Shown: piece after piece, positions 25,001-38,294 of the stretch
Numbering within the stretch: the stretch's first letter is position 1
How the letters are laid out: every line of letters begins with the position of its first letter
Assembly: GCA_964016885.1 (NCBI GenBank)
Contig: OZ024742.1
Coordinates: forward strand, 299,894,001-299,958,000
DNA from: Eledone cirrhosa
Lineage: Eukaryota
DNA length: 64,000 nt
Direction: 5' to 3'
The notes under the pieces: generated by a model
Databases searched by the model: none
Told to the model about the DNA's origin: nothing
What the model saw: the letters and a program-made list of their open reading frames with translations, nothing else
Program-made: the position numbers and the translations under genes

Positions 25001-28000
25001 TTGGGGATACTTTACAGAAATCTATGCGTGTTCGACGAATATATTCGACATTAGGTAGTATATCATCGTTTGTACAATGTTGAAGTTTAATGAACATAAT
25101 ACGACACCAGCTTGCTTTTGTGCAATGAGCATGACAGAAGTAATATATCACACAAACGTCAAAGGAAATGTATCTGTGTAAAAGAGACAGATGAAAACAT
25201 GTGAAAAAATTGTATTGCTCTATATGGAATGGTTGTCGTTCTCATCATTCTATGTTACTGTAATCAGGAAAACAACACGATTCAACAGATAACGGAGAGA
25301 AATACATCAAATTTATTGTAGACAGCCAAAAAGAGGTGTTCGTTCGTAGTTTTCAATATATCAATCAATGAATGAAGGCGCATGGCTTAGTTAGGGGTGT
25401 TTAACTTACTTTCGTATAGGCGGGAGTTCGATTCCCGATGGTATGTTGCGACCTTCAACAAAACAGTTTATTTCATGTTGCTGCAGCTCACCCAGCTTTA
25501 TAAAAGGCATGTCTTATGAAACAGTATGTCACAGTAAATCTCCCTGAGAACTACGTTAAGGGGACACGTGTCTGTGGACTGCTCAGCCACTTGCACGTTA
25601 ATTTCATGAATAGGTTCTCTTAATCTAACAAGTGGAACGTTCTCCGCCGTAATCAACCAACGCACACACATACACATACATACACACGCATACACACACA
25701 TACACACGCACATACACACATACACACGCACGCAGTTACACATACACATGCACACACACAATGTATATGTACGTATTTATATATGGTTGCCCCCAATACA
25801 CACAGAAACCAGAGTAAGTAAGGTACTCAATACATAGCAGAGTATAAATATTTAATATAGAAATAACTTCTACAGGACTAGAATTGTTTCATAAATATAG
25901 CAACAGTTTTTTTTTTTGTTTTTTATTGCATTGAAAACTGTTGTGACAATCTGATCATTGGCCCTGGTTACATTTTTAAGCAGAAGAAATATGTGGGTTT
26001 CTACTATAAAAGCAACTCCTCCGATTGCAACACCGATGTTATGAGCCATTATGTCTTGTTCATTTGCATTGAAGATAAATCGGTGCTCTAGAACACATAC
26101 GATCGCAATGTTATAGGTGTTGACATAGGTGTTCCCCAGAGGAACTGAATGAGAGAGAGTTGAATGTGAATGATATCTTTAGTCGAGATAGTCCCGTCTT
26201 GATTCTGACATCAGAAGATGTTCATCCAATAGGATTTAGAACATCATCTTCATATGAGGCAACTGAGCCTTCCCCACGATCATGTAGGGACAGAGAATCA
26301 CCGGCTCTAACCGTGGAGCTGTCTGTACATATGTTTTCTATTAGTCAAAATACTGTGATTAATTGTTATGACTCTCACAGGTGCAGTATCCCATTGCTGG
26401 AGGCAGAGTTCACCTACCGTAAACCTGATTGTTTCCTCCACTAGGCGAACATATATATATAATGATAAGAAATGAAAGAAGCTGTATGGTTACTCCTACG
26501 GTGGGATCTGTTCACCTGCTTTTTTTTTCTCCCGTTTTTTTTCCCCTTTTCTCTTTCTTCCTCTCTTCTCGCCACCTTTCCCCCTTTGTTCTTCTTTTCC
26601 TTTTTTCCTTTCTTTTTTCTCTCCTTTTTCTCTTCTTTTCCTCCTGACATTTTGATTAAGGGCCTCGGGCGCGCCGCGGATCGCTACAGATGTCCTGTAA
26701 ATAAGCGCCGAAACATCTGGATCGTGGTTTTTCAGCTGACGAACTATTCATTCTTCCTTTCTCCTCTTGTTCCGTCCAAACCACTATCCTAAACCCTATA
26801 TATATATATATATATATATACATACATTCTTGTATTTGTTAATAGTATCATTCCTTGGACTACGGCCATACTGGAGCACCACATTAATTTATTTTCTTTC
26901 AGTTTTGTTGTCGTTTTATAGCTAAAAATTCGTCTATAAATTAAGTTAGTAGCAACTAATCTTCCCTGCGTGTACCCTTGAATAGTTTACTGATCTGGTA
27001 CCAGGGTCAGGGGTGCATCCAATGCATTTTTTAATGTTTCAATAAAGATCTCTCTTATATCTGTTAATGTTGGTAATTGAAGACCTCTAAATATCAGACT
27101 TGTACAATAGAGTGGTTAGTACAAGGCCAGATTGGGGGGGGGGGGGCACCAGTGACGGCCGTAGCAATTTATTTGTACTCTCAGCTGGGCTCAGTTTTAG
27201 GATGGCTAGAATTTTTTTAATTTAATACCTGAATGTATAACTTTTCCCATTCCAATTACTTGCGCCAAGCTAACTTTGATATGTAAAATTGGAGAGAAGG
27301 GTGTATTCTATTTTTTTATGACCCCCCCCCCCCCCCCCCCCCCCCCGTCTAAATCCAACCCTGGGTTGGTAGCTATTCATTTTATTTTAAATCAAGTATA
27401 GAATTTTTCAAATTGAAATTTTAAATGAATTGTTATCGATTCCAGAGTATGTTTTATACAATTAAGGAAAATGTCAAGAAAATTAAAAGCAAAGATTCGA
27501 AGAGAATCTGTACACACATTGTGATTTTGAATTTGGTTTAATCAGATAGTTCAAACACTTATGTTATATTGCTAGCATTAGTTGTCTTCCAAAACATTCT
27601 TTTCGTTTTGTCGGAAATCAAAGGCGTAATGAAGGAAATTTACAATAGTATAATAATAAAGATTAATAAAATGAAACAAGAAAACAAAACGAAAACTAAA
27701 ATGACAGTGTAAATTATAAAAGACAAAACGGACCTCACTAAAACTAATGAATAGCAAAACTATATTCTGCCTTGAAGTTAATTTGTTGCTTTTCTGTCAC
27801 GCGTAAAGACTCGTGACCTTGTAGTTAGGGTGTTGGGTACACGGTCGTAAAGTTGTGAGTTCGGTTTCTGGACCAGACAATGCGCAATGTCCTTGAGCAA
27901 GGTATTTCATTTCATATTTCTCTTGTTCGCTTAGCTGAAAAAGTAGCAGTTTCGTAAGATCGTGAGTCTGATTCCCGGGCCGGACATTGCGTTGTGTCCT

Positions 28001-28394
28001 TAATTAAATAAAGCAATAGTGTTAACATAAGTTATTCCAGCATATAGTTATTTTCATGTCCCTTGCAAAGCATTGAATAGATGTTGCTTCATGGTCCCAG
28101 TGGACAAAATTACGAATGCGATACCCTATAAGATAGCGAGGGAGATATGATGAAATAGCCGTGTGACTCGTTCTTGCGGATGGCCATCTCCGTCTCGATA
28201 GCAATAAGTAGGGAGGTGGTTCGGAGACAAGTGATACAAAACGTTTCCACTGATATGGATCCAATGATAAATCTATTCAAATGCTGCCGGTACTTTAACA
28301 GTTTGCCATTTTCAGTTCGTCGGGCAATGGAGTCTGAGTCTGACCCCGGAATTTGTTACTTAAACAATTCAGCTATCTGAAGTTTTATTAATAA

Positions 28395-28876
28395 CTAGCC
28401 GAATTACCCACGCCTTGCTGCGTTTTTTTTTTGATTGATTTTAAATCAGTGAAGAGCTTGACTTTTGTAAGGCCCAAATATAATGGTTGCTTCAATCAAG
28501 TTCTCATGCAATCTTGTTACAACACATCTTGTTCCATTTATTGGCCAAAATGTTCACTATAGGGGGTTTAACCCCCATTAGGGTGTCTTAATATTATTGA
28601 AATTTGCTTAAATTTTGTGAATAGGCATCATATCTTGTCATTTACCTATGGTTTAAATTTCATATAAATCGAAGAGAAAAGATTTTCAGCGGGGGTTTGT
28701 GCCCCGGGTAACCCCCAGGGAACCCTTAGATTAAAATGAAATATACTTATCCAGGTACCCTGGGCAATTTAGTTTCAGAATATATATGGTTATGGGGGTC
28801 TATCTTCAAAACCATAGGAAGAGTTCGTGAACAAAAAAAAACAAACAGACAGGAACTACAACTTTATATATAGAGA
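28395..28876 (-). mobile_element. Non-autonomous Helitron
   Basis: Minus strand: A|TCTCTATATATAAAG...acgcagcaaggcgt hairpin...CTAG|T. Confidence 0.72.
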
Positions 28877-28959
28877 TTTCAACAACACGTGGTGAACATT
28901 GGTTTTAACTAAAAGAGTGAAAGTAGTGAAAGAGTCACTCACTGGGAAGAAAAACTTAA

Positions 28960-29302
28960 CACTCTCCCATCAGTAGCAACAGTGGAGCTAAAGGTGAGCG
29001 AGACACTGCCCCACTGGAGGAGATACAAACTATGCAGTGTGGAAATGCCTAAACAGACTAAGACCTGGTGCTGGACGTACAAAAGTCACACTTGCTAAAT
29101 GGGGATATTTGAAGGACAGGGACGTTGTATGTGACTGCGGCATCGAATAACAGACCACGCAGCACCTCCTGATATGCTCCCTGCTGGAACACCCCTGCAC
29201 AGCATTGGACTTGGCAGAGTTTAATGAGAAAGAACAGCTGTGATAGAACCACTTCTAACCAAGCTTTGTAACTGACACTCTTGTGGACACGATAAGAAGA
29301 AG
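28960..29302 (+). mobile_element. Vingi/Ingi-like LINE 3' fragment
   Basis: WKCLNRLRPGAGRTKVTLAKWGYL...CDCGIE*QTTQHLLIC zinc-knuckle C-terminus; ends gacacgataagaagaag. Confidence 0.72.
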
Positions 29303-29942
29303 CACTAAAAGAGATGCTAATTTATACAAATAATTTCAACTCTTATTATTTCTGTCTTATAGAAATGATGTTTAAGTAATTACATGGTTATTGAGTCAAG
29401 GCAAACCAATGACAAAATCTTTTCGATGATTATCTTTCCCAGTCACTTATCAGCAAACCTACAAGTTAAATAATAATAGAAAACTGATTTGCTAATGATA
29501 AGTTTCTACAAAACAATCCCCAGTTTTGTCTTTAGATGGGATTCCAATAACACACCTAATGTAGTTTATCGGTTATATCTCTAGCAATAACATGGCTGGT
29601 GTGAACCTAGACAAAAGTTAGCTATAAATCATTAAGTTTATCACAAACTATAATTTAATCTCATTTGAATCAAAAGTATCCATCTTTGTTGGAATCTAAT
29701 TACTATGAAGATAAAAGATTTTGTGTCTAGCATCAGAACTCCACCATCTTGAGATAGTGTTACTGATCGATCATGACAACTTCAGTGTATTAATATTTAA
29801 TGGATACATTTTTTTTCTTAAGATCAATGTCCGATATGCATAGGTGATTAGAGTCCAGAGAGAAAGAAAATTGCTGCATCAATTTATGTCTGTCAGTAAC
29901 TACCATTTGGCTTTAATTTTGGAATTTTTTGCAGTGTCCGTA

Positions 29943-29973
<31 letters not shown>

Positions 29974-29982
29974 TATTATTAT

Positions 29983-30598
29983 TGGCAGTATCGGTAGAGC
30001 GTCGGACATCTTTGGTGGCATAAAGTTACGGCCCTTTATGTTCTGAGTTCAAATTCAGTCGAGGTTTGCTTACGAGGTCGATAGAATAAAGCACCAGTAA
30101 GTATTGGAGTCAATTTCATCGACTCTCCGCTCCCCCAAAATTGCTGGTCTTGTGCCTCTATTATAGTAGAGCGTCGGGTATCATGCTTTGTTGTATATAG
30201 TTACACCCCTTTCCGTTCTTAGTTCAAATCCTGTCGAAGTTGACTTTCTTTTTCATGTTAACGGGGTCGATAAATAAAGTAGCAGTAACACACTAGAGTC
30301 AATTTAATCGACTTTCCACTCCCCCAAAATTGCTGGCCTTGTGCCTATATAAGAAACCATTGTTAGGGTGGAGTGGGTGGTGGATTGGTAGTATCTGTTG
30401 AGCATCGGACAATATGCTTCACGGCATAGAGTTACTTCCTTTTACGTACTGAGTTCCAATCCCGCCGAGGCTACATTTGTCATTCATACCTACTGGGTCG
30501 ATAAAATAAAATACCAGTAAAACACTGGTGTCGATTTAATCAACTTTCTCCTTCCATCAAATTGCTAGCCCTGTTCCAAAAATAAAAACAATTATTAT
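29983..30598 (+). mobile_element. Tandem trimer of SINE family B following (ATT)n
   Basis: Three head-to-tail diverged copies. Confidence 0.82.
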
Positions 30599-31424
30599 TT
30601 TTCATTTCTTTAGTTTCTGGTCTTATTGCCTTGTCGTGTTTTTTTTTGTTTTTTTTTTTCTAATCTCTATTTTTTCTCTTTCCTTTAAATCCTTTCCACT
30701 TTTTATTCGAAACATTCATTTCTTACAACTATTTTTATTCAACGTGTTTCCGTTTCATCTCAGAAAGAAATGAACGAGGAGGAAAAACGAAAAACAGAAA
30801 ATTTATTCGCATCGTTTTAAAACCATTTTCGCTAATTATATTTTATTCGATTTTTTTTTTTCTATAGTTGTTGTGCTTAAGCGAATTCCTCACGTAAGTA
30901 GGCACATTTTAGATACGTTTTAATTATAAGAGTCTACCGCAATCTTATTTTTACTTGCTTCAGGATTTTCCAAGTTTTACCAATTACTATTTTGATTAAT
31001 TATTTGGTTTTAAAATTTACTATTAATATTATTACTCTTTTTTTTTTTAGCCTAAAAATATAACATTTCGAGATACTATTTTCCACATAAATAATTTTTT
31101 TTCAAAATAATTAATTTAATTTTCAATAAAGATTATTTTTGTGCATGAATAACGACTGATACGTGTTTTAAAAACTAAAAGGGGAAACAAAAATTCAAGT
31201 AAATTCCAAATATTTCCCCCAAACATTCATAATCTACAGAGTTTTATCAAGATGAGATCATTCTTTTCAAAATTATAAATAGGTGGATATCAGAATAGTA
31301 TGCAATTCAGCTACATCCGAGATATGTTTTAAATGGGGTACAAGGAAGATAAAGGTTCTGAACAGTGAAACTAAAGTTTTAGATATGTTTTATCCTGCCC
31401 TTGGCTTCTTAATGTTTTCTAATG

Positions 31425-31612
31425 CAGACCTTTCAACTCTCCCCATCCGACGGGGCAATCTCCCACCCACTTTCTGGTGGGTGAGAGATGTCTTCTTTTG
31501 TGTAAATGGGTATAGCTTTAATTATGTAAAATCTCCCCATTTTGCCTCATTTCTCCCCGTTTTGGGGCAACCAAATACTCTTCGTTTTGGTTTTTAGAGA
31601 TTGGCAGGTCTG
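31425..31612. mobile_element. MITE with CAGACCTGCCAA-type TIRs
   Basis: cagacctttcaa / ttggcaggtctg; flanks ctaatg / ttaatg. Confidence 0.65.
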
Positions 31613-32996
31613 TTAATGGCTGCTTTTACTACAGTGAGTACTCACTTCTATTTCAAGCTGATACTATCTGTCGGTCACAACTCCTGGCAGAAAAGGCAGA
31701 ATTTGGACTCAGAACGAACCACAAAACGATACCACAAAATATCTCGATTGACTCCATATCAACTCTGCTAATCCATCGCCTCTGGTCTGTTAATTTATTT
31801 AACAATCAATAAAGGATGAAAGACAAGGTTGATCTCGGCAGGATTTGAGCTCAGTGAGACCGAACAAATACCAAAACATTCAAGCCGTCACTCTACCGAC
31901 TCTGCCAATTCGTTGCCTGTAAAAGAATTTATTGCTTAACAGCAGTTTATAAATCAAAGAAAACTGGGCCTTGTTTCTATACTTATGTCCCTCAAATCAA
32001 TCTTACCGCCATAAAAAAAGCAAGCCCCATTCGACTATTATTTGTGGTGCACTATTCCTGCAAACAACAACGATAAGTCCTTTTATAATTTTAAGACGGT
32101 AAGTTGTGATTTGCATAGTAGTTGGCTGTTGTTTTCTGCAAATCTAGTGACTATGCTGAGGCTTTCTCGTTGACCAACAGATTAAACACTTGATCAAGAT
32201 GTCACGCTGTAGGATTGAACCCAATACAACGAAATTGTGAAGGAAAATTCTTAACCAGACAAGTCTATTCAGAAGAATACGATGTTTCTTAAACATACTA
32301 CTCATGCTAGCAGAAAAACCACCCTTCGGGTGATTTTCTGCTAGCATGTGTAGTGTGCATATTGATATTATACGCAAGTATATATGCATGTAGATATGAT
32401 ACATCAAATAAAATCGTAATTGACAATATACACAGACATTGAACGAAGACTATTATACTGTCTTATGTAATCAGTAACGTAATCCATGATACATTTAAAA
32501 AAAAGACGATATTATATATAAATTGCATTAGGAGAAAATTAGTGACGGAAATATATGAATGATTATTTAAGCGATCGCTAACCGGAATTGTTGAAATTTG
32601 AAAATTTTGAAGAAGTGAATCTTAAAATAAGCAAAATATTATATATATTTAATCAAGATTATCAAAATATAGTAGATAAATTATGTAATATTCATTCATT
32701 ATTTATTCAAATCCCGCCGAGGTTAACTTTGTCTTTCATCCTTACGGGGTCGATAAAATAAAGTACCAGTAATACACTGGGTAATTGCTGGCCTTCTGCC
32801 AAAAGTAGAAACAATTATTTATTCAAAGTAATCCAGCTTATTTTACAAACGGGATAAAAAAAATATATTCTGGACGCAGTCCCGCACTCCTTACTTTATT
32901 ACAGTTTAGATGATGTCATGGTAACTAAGATATGTTCTACATTTTGTTGATAACGCTAGATAGGTAGGAAATGTTTTAAAAAAATGATTATGATAG

Positions 32997-33107
32997 CAGA
33001 CCTGCCAACCTCTAAAAACCTAAACGGGAATACCCTGAAAGAAAAAGATATACTCATTTTCACAAGGCTATTGCAAATCTCTCCATCGGACGGGGTTGAC
33101 AGGTCTG
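32997..33107. mobile_element. MITE with CAGACCTGCCAACC TIRs, same family, opposite orientation
   Basis: cagacctgccaacc / ggttgacaggtctg; exact 6-bp TSD tgatag. Confidence 0.72.
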
Positions 33108-33974
33108 TGATAGGATACTTAAAAAACGTCATTCATTTATGAGTAACATTTAACATTTTACACAATACTTTCGAAGGAATAGCTGGGAGATGTTGACAAA
33201 ATTCTTATGGTTCTCTGACCATAGTTTTCAGTGCCGAAGGGACCCCTCCACCCCCACCCCCACCCCCACTTCCACAAAAAAAAAATGTAACAATTAGCAA
33301 AGAAATACTTCATTCAGTTTAAGAAAGCTGTCAATTACAGAAACATTAATTGCACATAATTGTTATTTTATTTTCAGTCTGAATTCATTTTTTAGTTTCA
33401 CCCTGATTAGAACTACTTAACTTTACAGATGACAAAATGACGTTGTCATATATTAAGGACTTTAAATACTTATTTCTGAGAGCTGATAACATGTGAGCAG
33501 GTGAGAAGGCTGTGAGAATCAATGTATATATGTACTAACAAGAAGAGAGAAAAAAAAAATAAATGAAGGGCTGGAGAAGAAAAAACAAATAATTATAAAG
33601 AAAGGTGGAGGATATGAGCAGGGGTTGGATTTAGAATTTGGGGGGGGGGGGGGCTTCATACACAAAATTTAGCGTGCGCGTGTGTGTAGGTGTGTGTCCC
33701 TGCGCGTATGTACAAGTATTTAGATGCACATATGTATATACAGAAATACTTACATATATATATATATATATATATAGTATTTACGTATCGAGAGAGAGAA
33801 AAAAAAGGGGAGGATAGGTGATACATATAGTTATTTGCCAAGTAGCGTATGCCAATATATATATATATATAGAGAGAAAAATGTTAACATTTTCCTATTA
33901 CCCACTCTAATACCCTAAGTATTGAGTACTCTGGTGCGTTATGGTCCATCTGGTTCCTTACCACACCTCCTTCG

Positions 33975-34027
<53 letters not shown>

Positions 34028-34543
34028 AAAGAATAGAGGTGTAACACACAAGTTATTATATATTGGTAAACGGAATAGAAAATGCTGACAAATTGTTCAC
34101 AGTTGAAAAATGGTTTAATTAGGAATAAAAGAGTATTAGTGATTGTATTGGTTAGTATTCAGTTGTGGTTTTAAGTTTTTAAGTATTTACCGGTTGCGCA
34201 TTTCTAAATGCTTTTCAAAAATAATTTTGAGATAGAGTGTCCGTGCTGTTTGCTCTGATCTGATTAGTTTTGGGAATTCTACCTGTTTTTATGTTAAAAA
34301 AGTGGCTCCAGCGTTATTTTTGTGTTGCAAAAATGCTTGTGGTCAAAACAATTTTGATTGGTCGGTAGAGGTCATGTGAATGTAAAAAGTTGATTTTGCG
34401 CCAAGACTGTTTTTATGTTAAAATGTTAAAAAAGTGGCTCCAGCAAAAATTATTGGTCAAAACAATTTTGATTGGTCGGTAGAGGTCATGTGGATAAAAA
34501 ATTGGTTTTGCGCCAAGATTGAGAAATGACTCTTTCACAACAA

Positions 34544-34598
<55 letters not shown>

Positions 34599-35192
34599 TG
34601 TAGTAGTAGTAGTAGTAGTAAGGTGTTCGATGCTGCGACAATGGCCAGCAGCGATGTGTGTCAAATGGCTATTAAGATAAGTGTGTGTGTGTGTGTGTGC
34701 GTGTGTGTGTGTGTATATATATAGCAGAGTCATTCGAAGGTCAAAAGATATTTTTCAGCTTTTGTCTTATACGGAGAAGTGCGTGTGTGTGTGTGTGTAT
34801 AAGTCTCTTTGTATGTTGATATACGCGTGTGTATGTGTTTGTGTATATATGTGTGTGTGTGTGGGGGGGGGGGGGACCAGTATTTTTTCCCCCCTGGTAA
34901 AATGGTGTACATTATTCGATTTTTTCAGTAAAATCGGTTCTCTTAATAGAACATCAAAAATCTTAACAATAAAAGGTGTGAAATGATATTCACTATATAT
35001 ATACACACACATACACACATTCACTACATATATATATATATATACATATATACATACATATATATGCACATATATTTGTTTGTATTGCACCATAGAGCAT
35101 GTGTGTTTACGTGTGTCATTGTGTTTATATGTGGGTAGAGATGTGTGCTGATGTAGGTATGTATGTTGACGTGTGTATGTTGTGGGTTCGTC

Positions 35193-35723
35193 TTAGGGAG
35201 AAGTGTTTAGACGGGGTCCGTATTTGTTAATGAAGTAAGATTCCTTGCTGATGCGCTGGGTGTGGGTGGCATTATCTTTAAATTTGTAGAGGGGAAAGAT
35301 TCTGAAGTTGGGATGATTTTGGGCGGCACAGGTATCAATGTGTTCACTCAGTGGTATTTTCCTGTATTCCCGTATTTTAATTTGGGATCTATGGACAATC
35401 ATGCGTTGGCGGAGGCTGATTTTGGTCTGGCCTATGTATGTTCTCGACAACCTGAACAAGTTAATACATATATTAGATTTTCCGATGCACATGTGAAATT
35501 GTGTTTTACTATAAAACGTTGTCCATCTTTGAAATAGAATTCCGAACCCTCTATTAGGTTGATGCAAGTTGGGTCTATCGCATTTTTTTACTGTGGGTTT
35601 CGTTGTTGTGGTTGGCAGTACTTTGGCATGTGTTAAGATGTTTTTCATTGACTTGGATTGTCTTTTGCTCTTTATGATATCGTGTGTTCGTAGAATTTGG
35701 TTCATTCTATGGTCCTTTTTCAA
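35193..35723 (-). pseudogene. Penelope Zn-linker plus GIY-YIG endonuclease, broken by indels
   Basis: Across frames: KKCDRPN..CINL...FTCASENLIYVLTCSGCRE.YIGQTKISLRQRMIVH...ESYFI...LN. Confidence 0.88.
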
Positions 35724-37432
35724 TACAGGGATGTTCTGGAGGATGGTGTCAAAGGCCTCATTGTTGAGGGGTTGTGTGTTGAGATGTATGGAAGAGCTTT
35801 TAGTTTTGGTTGATTTACTTTAGGGTGTCTAAGGTCCTGGGTACTGAGTTTTAGGGCACGTTGGATTCCATTGTCAATTAGTGATGCAGGGTAGTCCCTG
35901 CCTATGAGTGTGTCCTTTAGTTCTTGTAGCCGTAAGTAGCAGATGTTTTTATTGGAGACTATAGTACAGATTCTCTTGGCTAAGTTGTAAGGAATATTAA
36001 TTTTAACGTGTCTAGGGTGGCAAGAGTTGAAGGGGAGGTATTGCTTGGAGTCTGTGGGCTTGTAGTATATGTCTGTTTCTATTTTTTTGTTATGGATCTT
36101 AATGAGGATGTCGAGGAAGGGGAGTTGTTGATGGCTGTATTCCATCGTGAAGTTAATATTTGTGTTGAGCCCATTTATAAGGGTGTGAAATTCTTTAAGT
36201 TTTTCGATGTTTTCGTGCCAAAGGATGAAGCAGTCATCTAGATATCGCTTCCAGTTCCTTTCAATGTGTAAGTGGAGGGTGTTTCCAAATTTGTTTAGGA
36301 CTTTAGTGTAGAGGGTGATTTCCAGGTATCCCATGACTAGGTTGGCATAAGTGGGGGCTGTTTTCGTTCCCATAGCGGTCCCAGATTTCTGCCTGTAGGG
36401 TTTGTTATTGAAAACGAAGTAATTGTTCTCCAAGATAAATTTGAGTCCCTCTATCACGAATTCTTTTTTGATGCGTTGTGGGAGTTCACTGTGGAAATTA
36501 TCCAGCCAGAATTGGATAGCTTCTATTCCTAGGTTGTGGGGGATGTTGGAGTATAGGTTGACTACATCGAACGTCACTAGTAGGGTTTGTTCAGAAAGTG
36601 GCATATTAGGGAGGTGATTGAGCATATCTAGGTCGTCCGTTATATAGCTTTTGATGTGCTTGAGGAAGGGTTTGAGAAGGGTATCAATGAAGTTGCTAAG
36701 ACGGTGCGTTTCGCAAGCGGGGCCTGCTATTATAGGTCTTAATTTGAGATCATTGGGTGAGGGGACATTGATGACTATGTCTGTGGCTTCCTTGCATGCC
36801 TTACTGATTGATTCGCTTTTATGTACTTTAGGGATACCGTAGAAAAGGCTGGATTTACTTGTGAAGTCTGTGATGAAGCTGAATTCCTTGTTAGTGAGTC
36901 CTTCTTTATATTGGTTGATTAGAGTTTTTAGGTTTCTCATAATTTTCTGTTGATTGTAGTGTTCAGCCTTTTCGTAGTATGTTTCGTTTTCCAAAGTGGA
37001 GAGCGCTAAGTTGATATAGAATTCTGTCTCCATTAGGACTACTGTACTCCCTTTATCAGCCTCTTTAATTGTAATGGTTCTGTCGGTTTTTAATCTATTT
37101 AATTCTTCCCATTCTTTCTTGTTGAGGTTTGGCTTGTGTTTTTGTCTGTGCAAGTGTTGGTAAGGGAAGTTTGTGATGTGTTCACAGAATTCGTCCAGGA
37201 TTTTATTTCTACCTTTTGAAGGGGTGTAATTGCTTCTATTTCTGGCTAATGATTCATCCTCATTGTACTGGTCGAATAGTTGTTCACTAAGTCGTAACTT
37301 TCTACAGAAGTCTGTGATGTCTTCCTTCATTTCATAGTAGTTAGGACGTAGTGGGGTCGGTGTGAATTTAAGACCTTTGGAGAGTAAGTTGATAAGGTTG
37401 GGTGTTGGTTCTGCACTAGTAAGATTGATCAT
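35720..37432 (-). pseudogene. Penelope reverse transcriptase ORF (frameshifted at its 3' end)
   Basis: LLSKGLKF, ADKG, YGIPKVHK, RPII, FDVVNLYSNIP, GTAMG, RYLDD, LPFLD and YYKPT motifs. Confidence 0.93.
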
Positions 37433-38083
37433 TTTTATTACTATCGGTTTCTCCTCCCTGTCTTGTGTTATTTTGTTTGCCTGTATCTGTGTGCTGTGTC
37501 TAAAAAATGGTTGGGGTAGAGGGGTTGTCTGCTGATGTTAAGTGGTCTCCTGTGTTTGTTATATTCCTTGTTGTTGTAAAATGTGGTTCGGGTTGGTGGT
37601 TGTAGATTGAATGGGGTGTTCCTGTACTGCGAGTATGGGTGTGTGTTTCTATGTGCCATGTTGTATTGTGGTGTTATAAGTGGCCTACGTTGTTGGTTGT
37701 ATCGTGTGGTGTGGGTTTATTGTGTATTGTGGAAGTGAGAGTTGAGAAAATGGTAATTACCTTGCTGTCCCCTTGAAGCGGGGAAGTTGTTGCATCTATC
37801 ATGGCGGTGGTATCTTTTCCCTATGTTTGACGATGAGGAAATTGTTTTGACCAATAATTTTTGCTGGAGCCACTTTTTTAACATTTTAACATAAAAACAG
37901 TCTTGGCGCAAAATCAACTTTTTACATTCACATGACCTCTACCGACCAATCAAAATTGTTTTGACCACAAGCATTTTTGCAACACAAAAATAACGCTGGA
38001 GCCACTTTTTTAACATAAAAACAGGTAGAATTCCCAAAACTAATCAGATCAGAGCAAACAGCACGGACACTCTATCTCAAAAT

Positions 38084-38123
38084 TATTTTTGAAAAGCATT
38101 TAGAAATGCGCAACCGGTAAATA
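38084..38123 (+). ncRNA. Variant minimal type I hammerhead ribozyme in Penelope pLTR (mirror copy 34184-34223, minus)
   Basis: tatt(t)-TTGAAAA-gcatt taga aatgc-GCAA-CCGG-TA-aata: U3-A8 covariant core, palindromic helix III, A13C. Confidence 0.55.
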
Positions 38124-38240
38124 CTTAAAAACTTAAAACCACAACTGAATACTAACCAATACAATCACTAATACTCTTTTATTCCTAATTAAACCACTTT
38201 TCAACTGTGAACAATTTGTCAGCATTTTCTATTCCGTTTA

Positions 38241-38294
<54 letters not shown>

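Larger units (their letters stand above)
34023..38245 (-). mobile_element. Penelope-like retroelement (Neptune-type, C-terminal GIY-YIG) with inverted pseudo-LTR, inserted in (TA)n
   Basis: RT ORF, GIY-YIG ORF, 407-bp inverted repeat 34062-34468 / 37839-38245, (TA)n on both flanks. Confidence 0.95.

Noticed and set aside
26000-26450. Faint Penelope RT-like peptide on the minus strand (VLEHRFIFN...GVAIG)
   Set aside because: The similarity is marginal and no other RT motifs were found nearby.
35193-37432. Selenoprotein-encoding (Naiad-type) Penelope
   Set aside because: The endonuclease is C-terminal and no in-frame TGA is seen at Cys positions.
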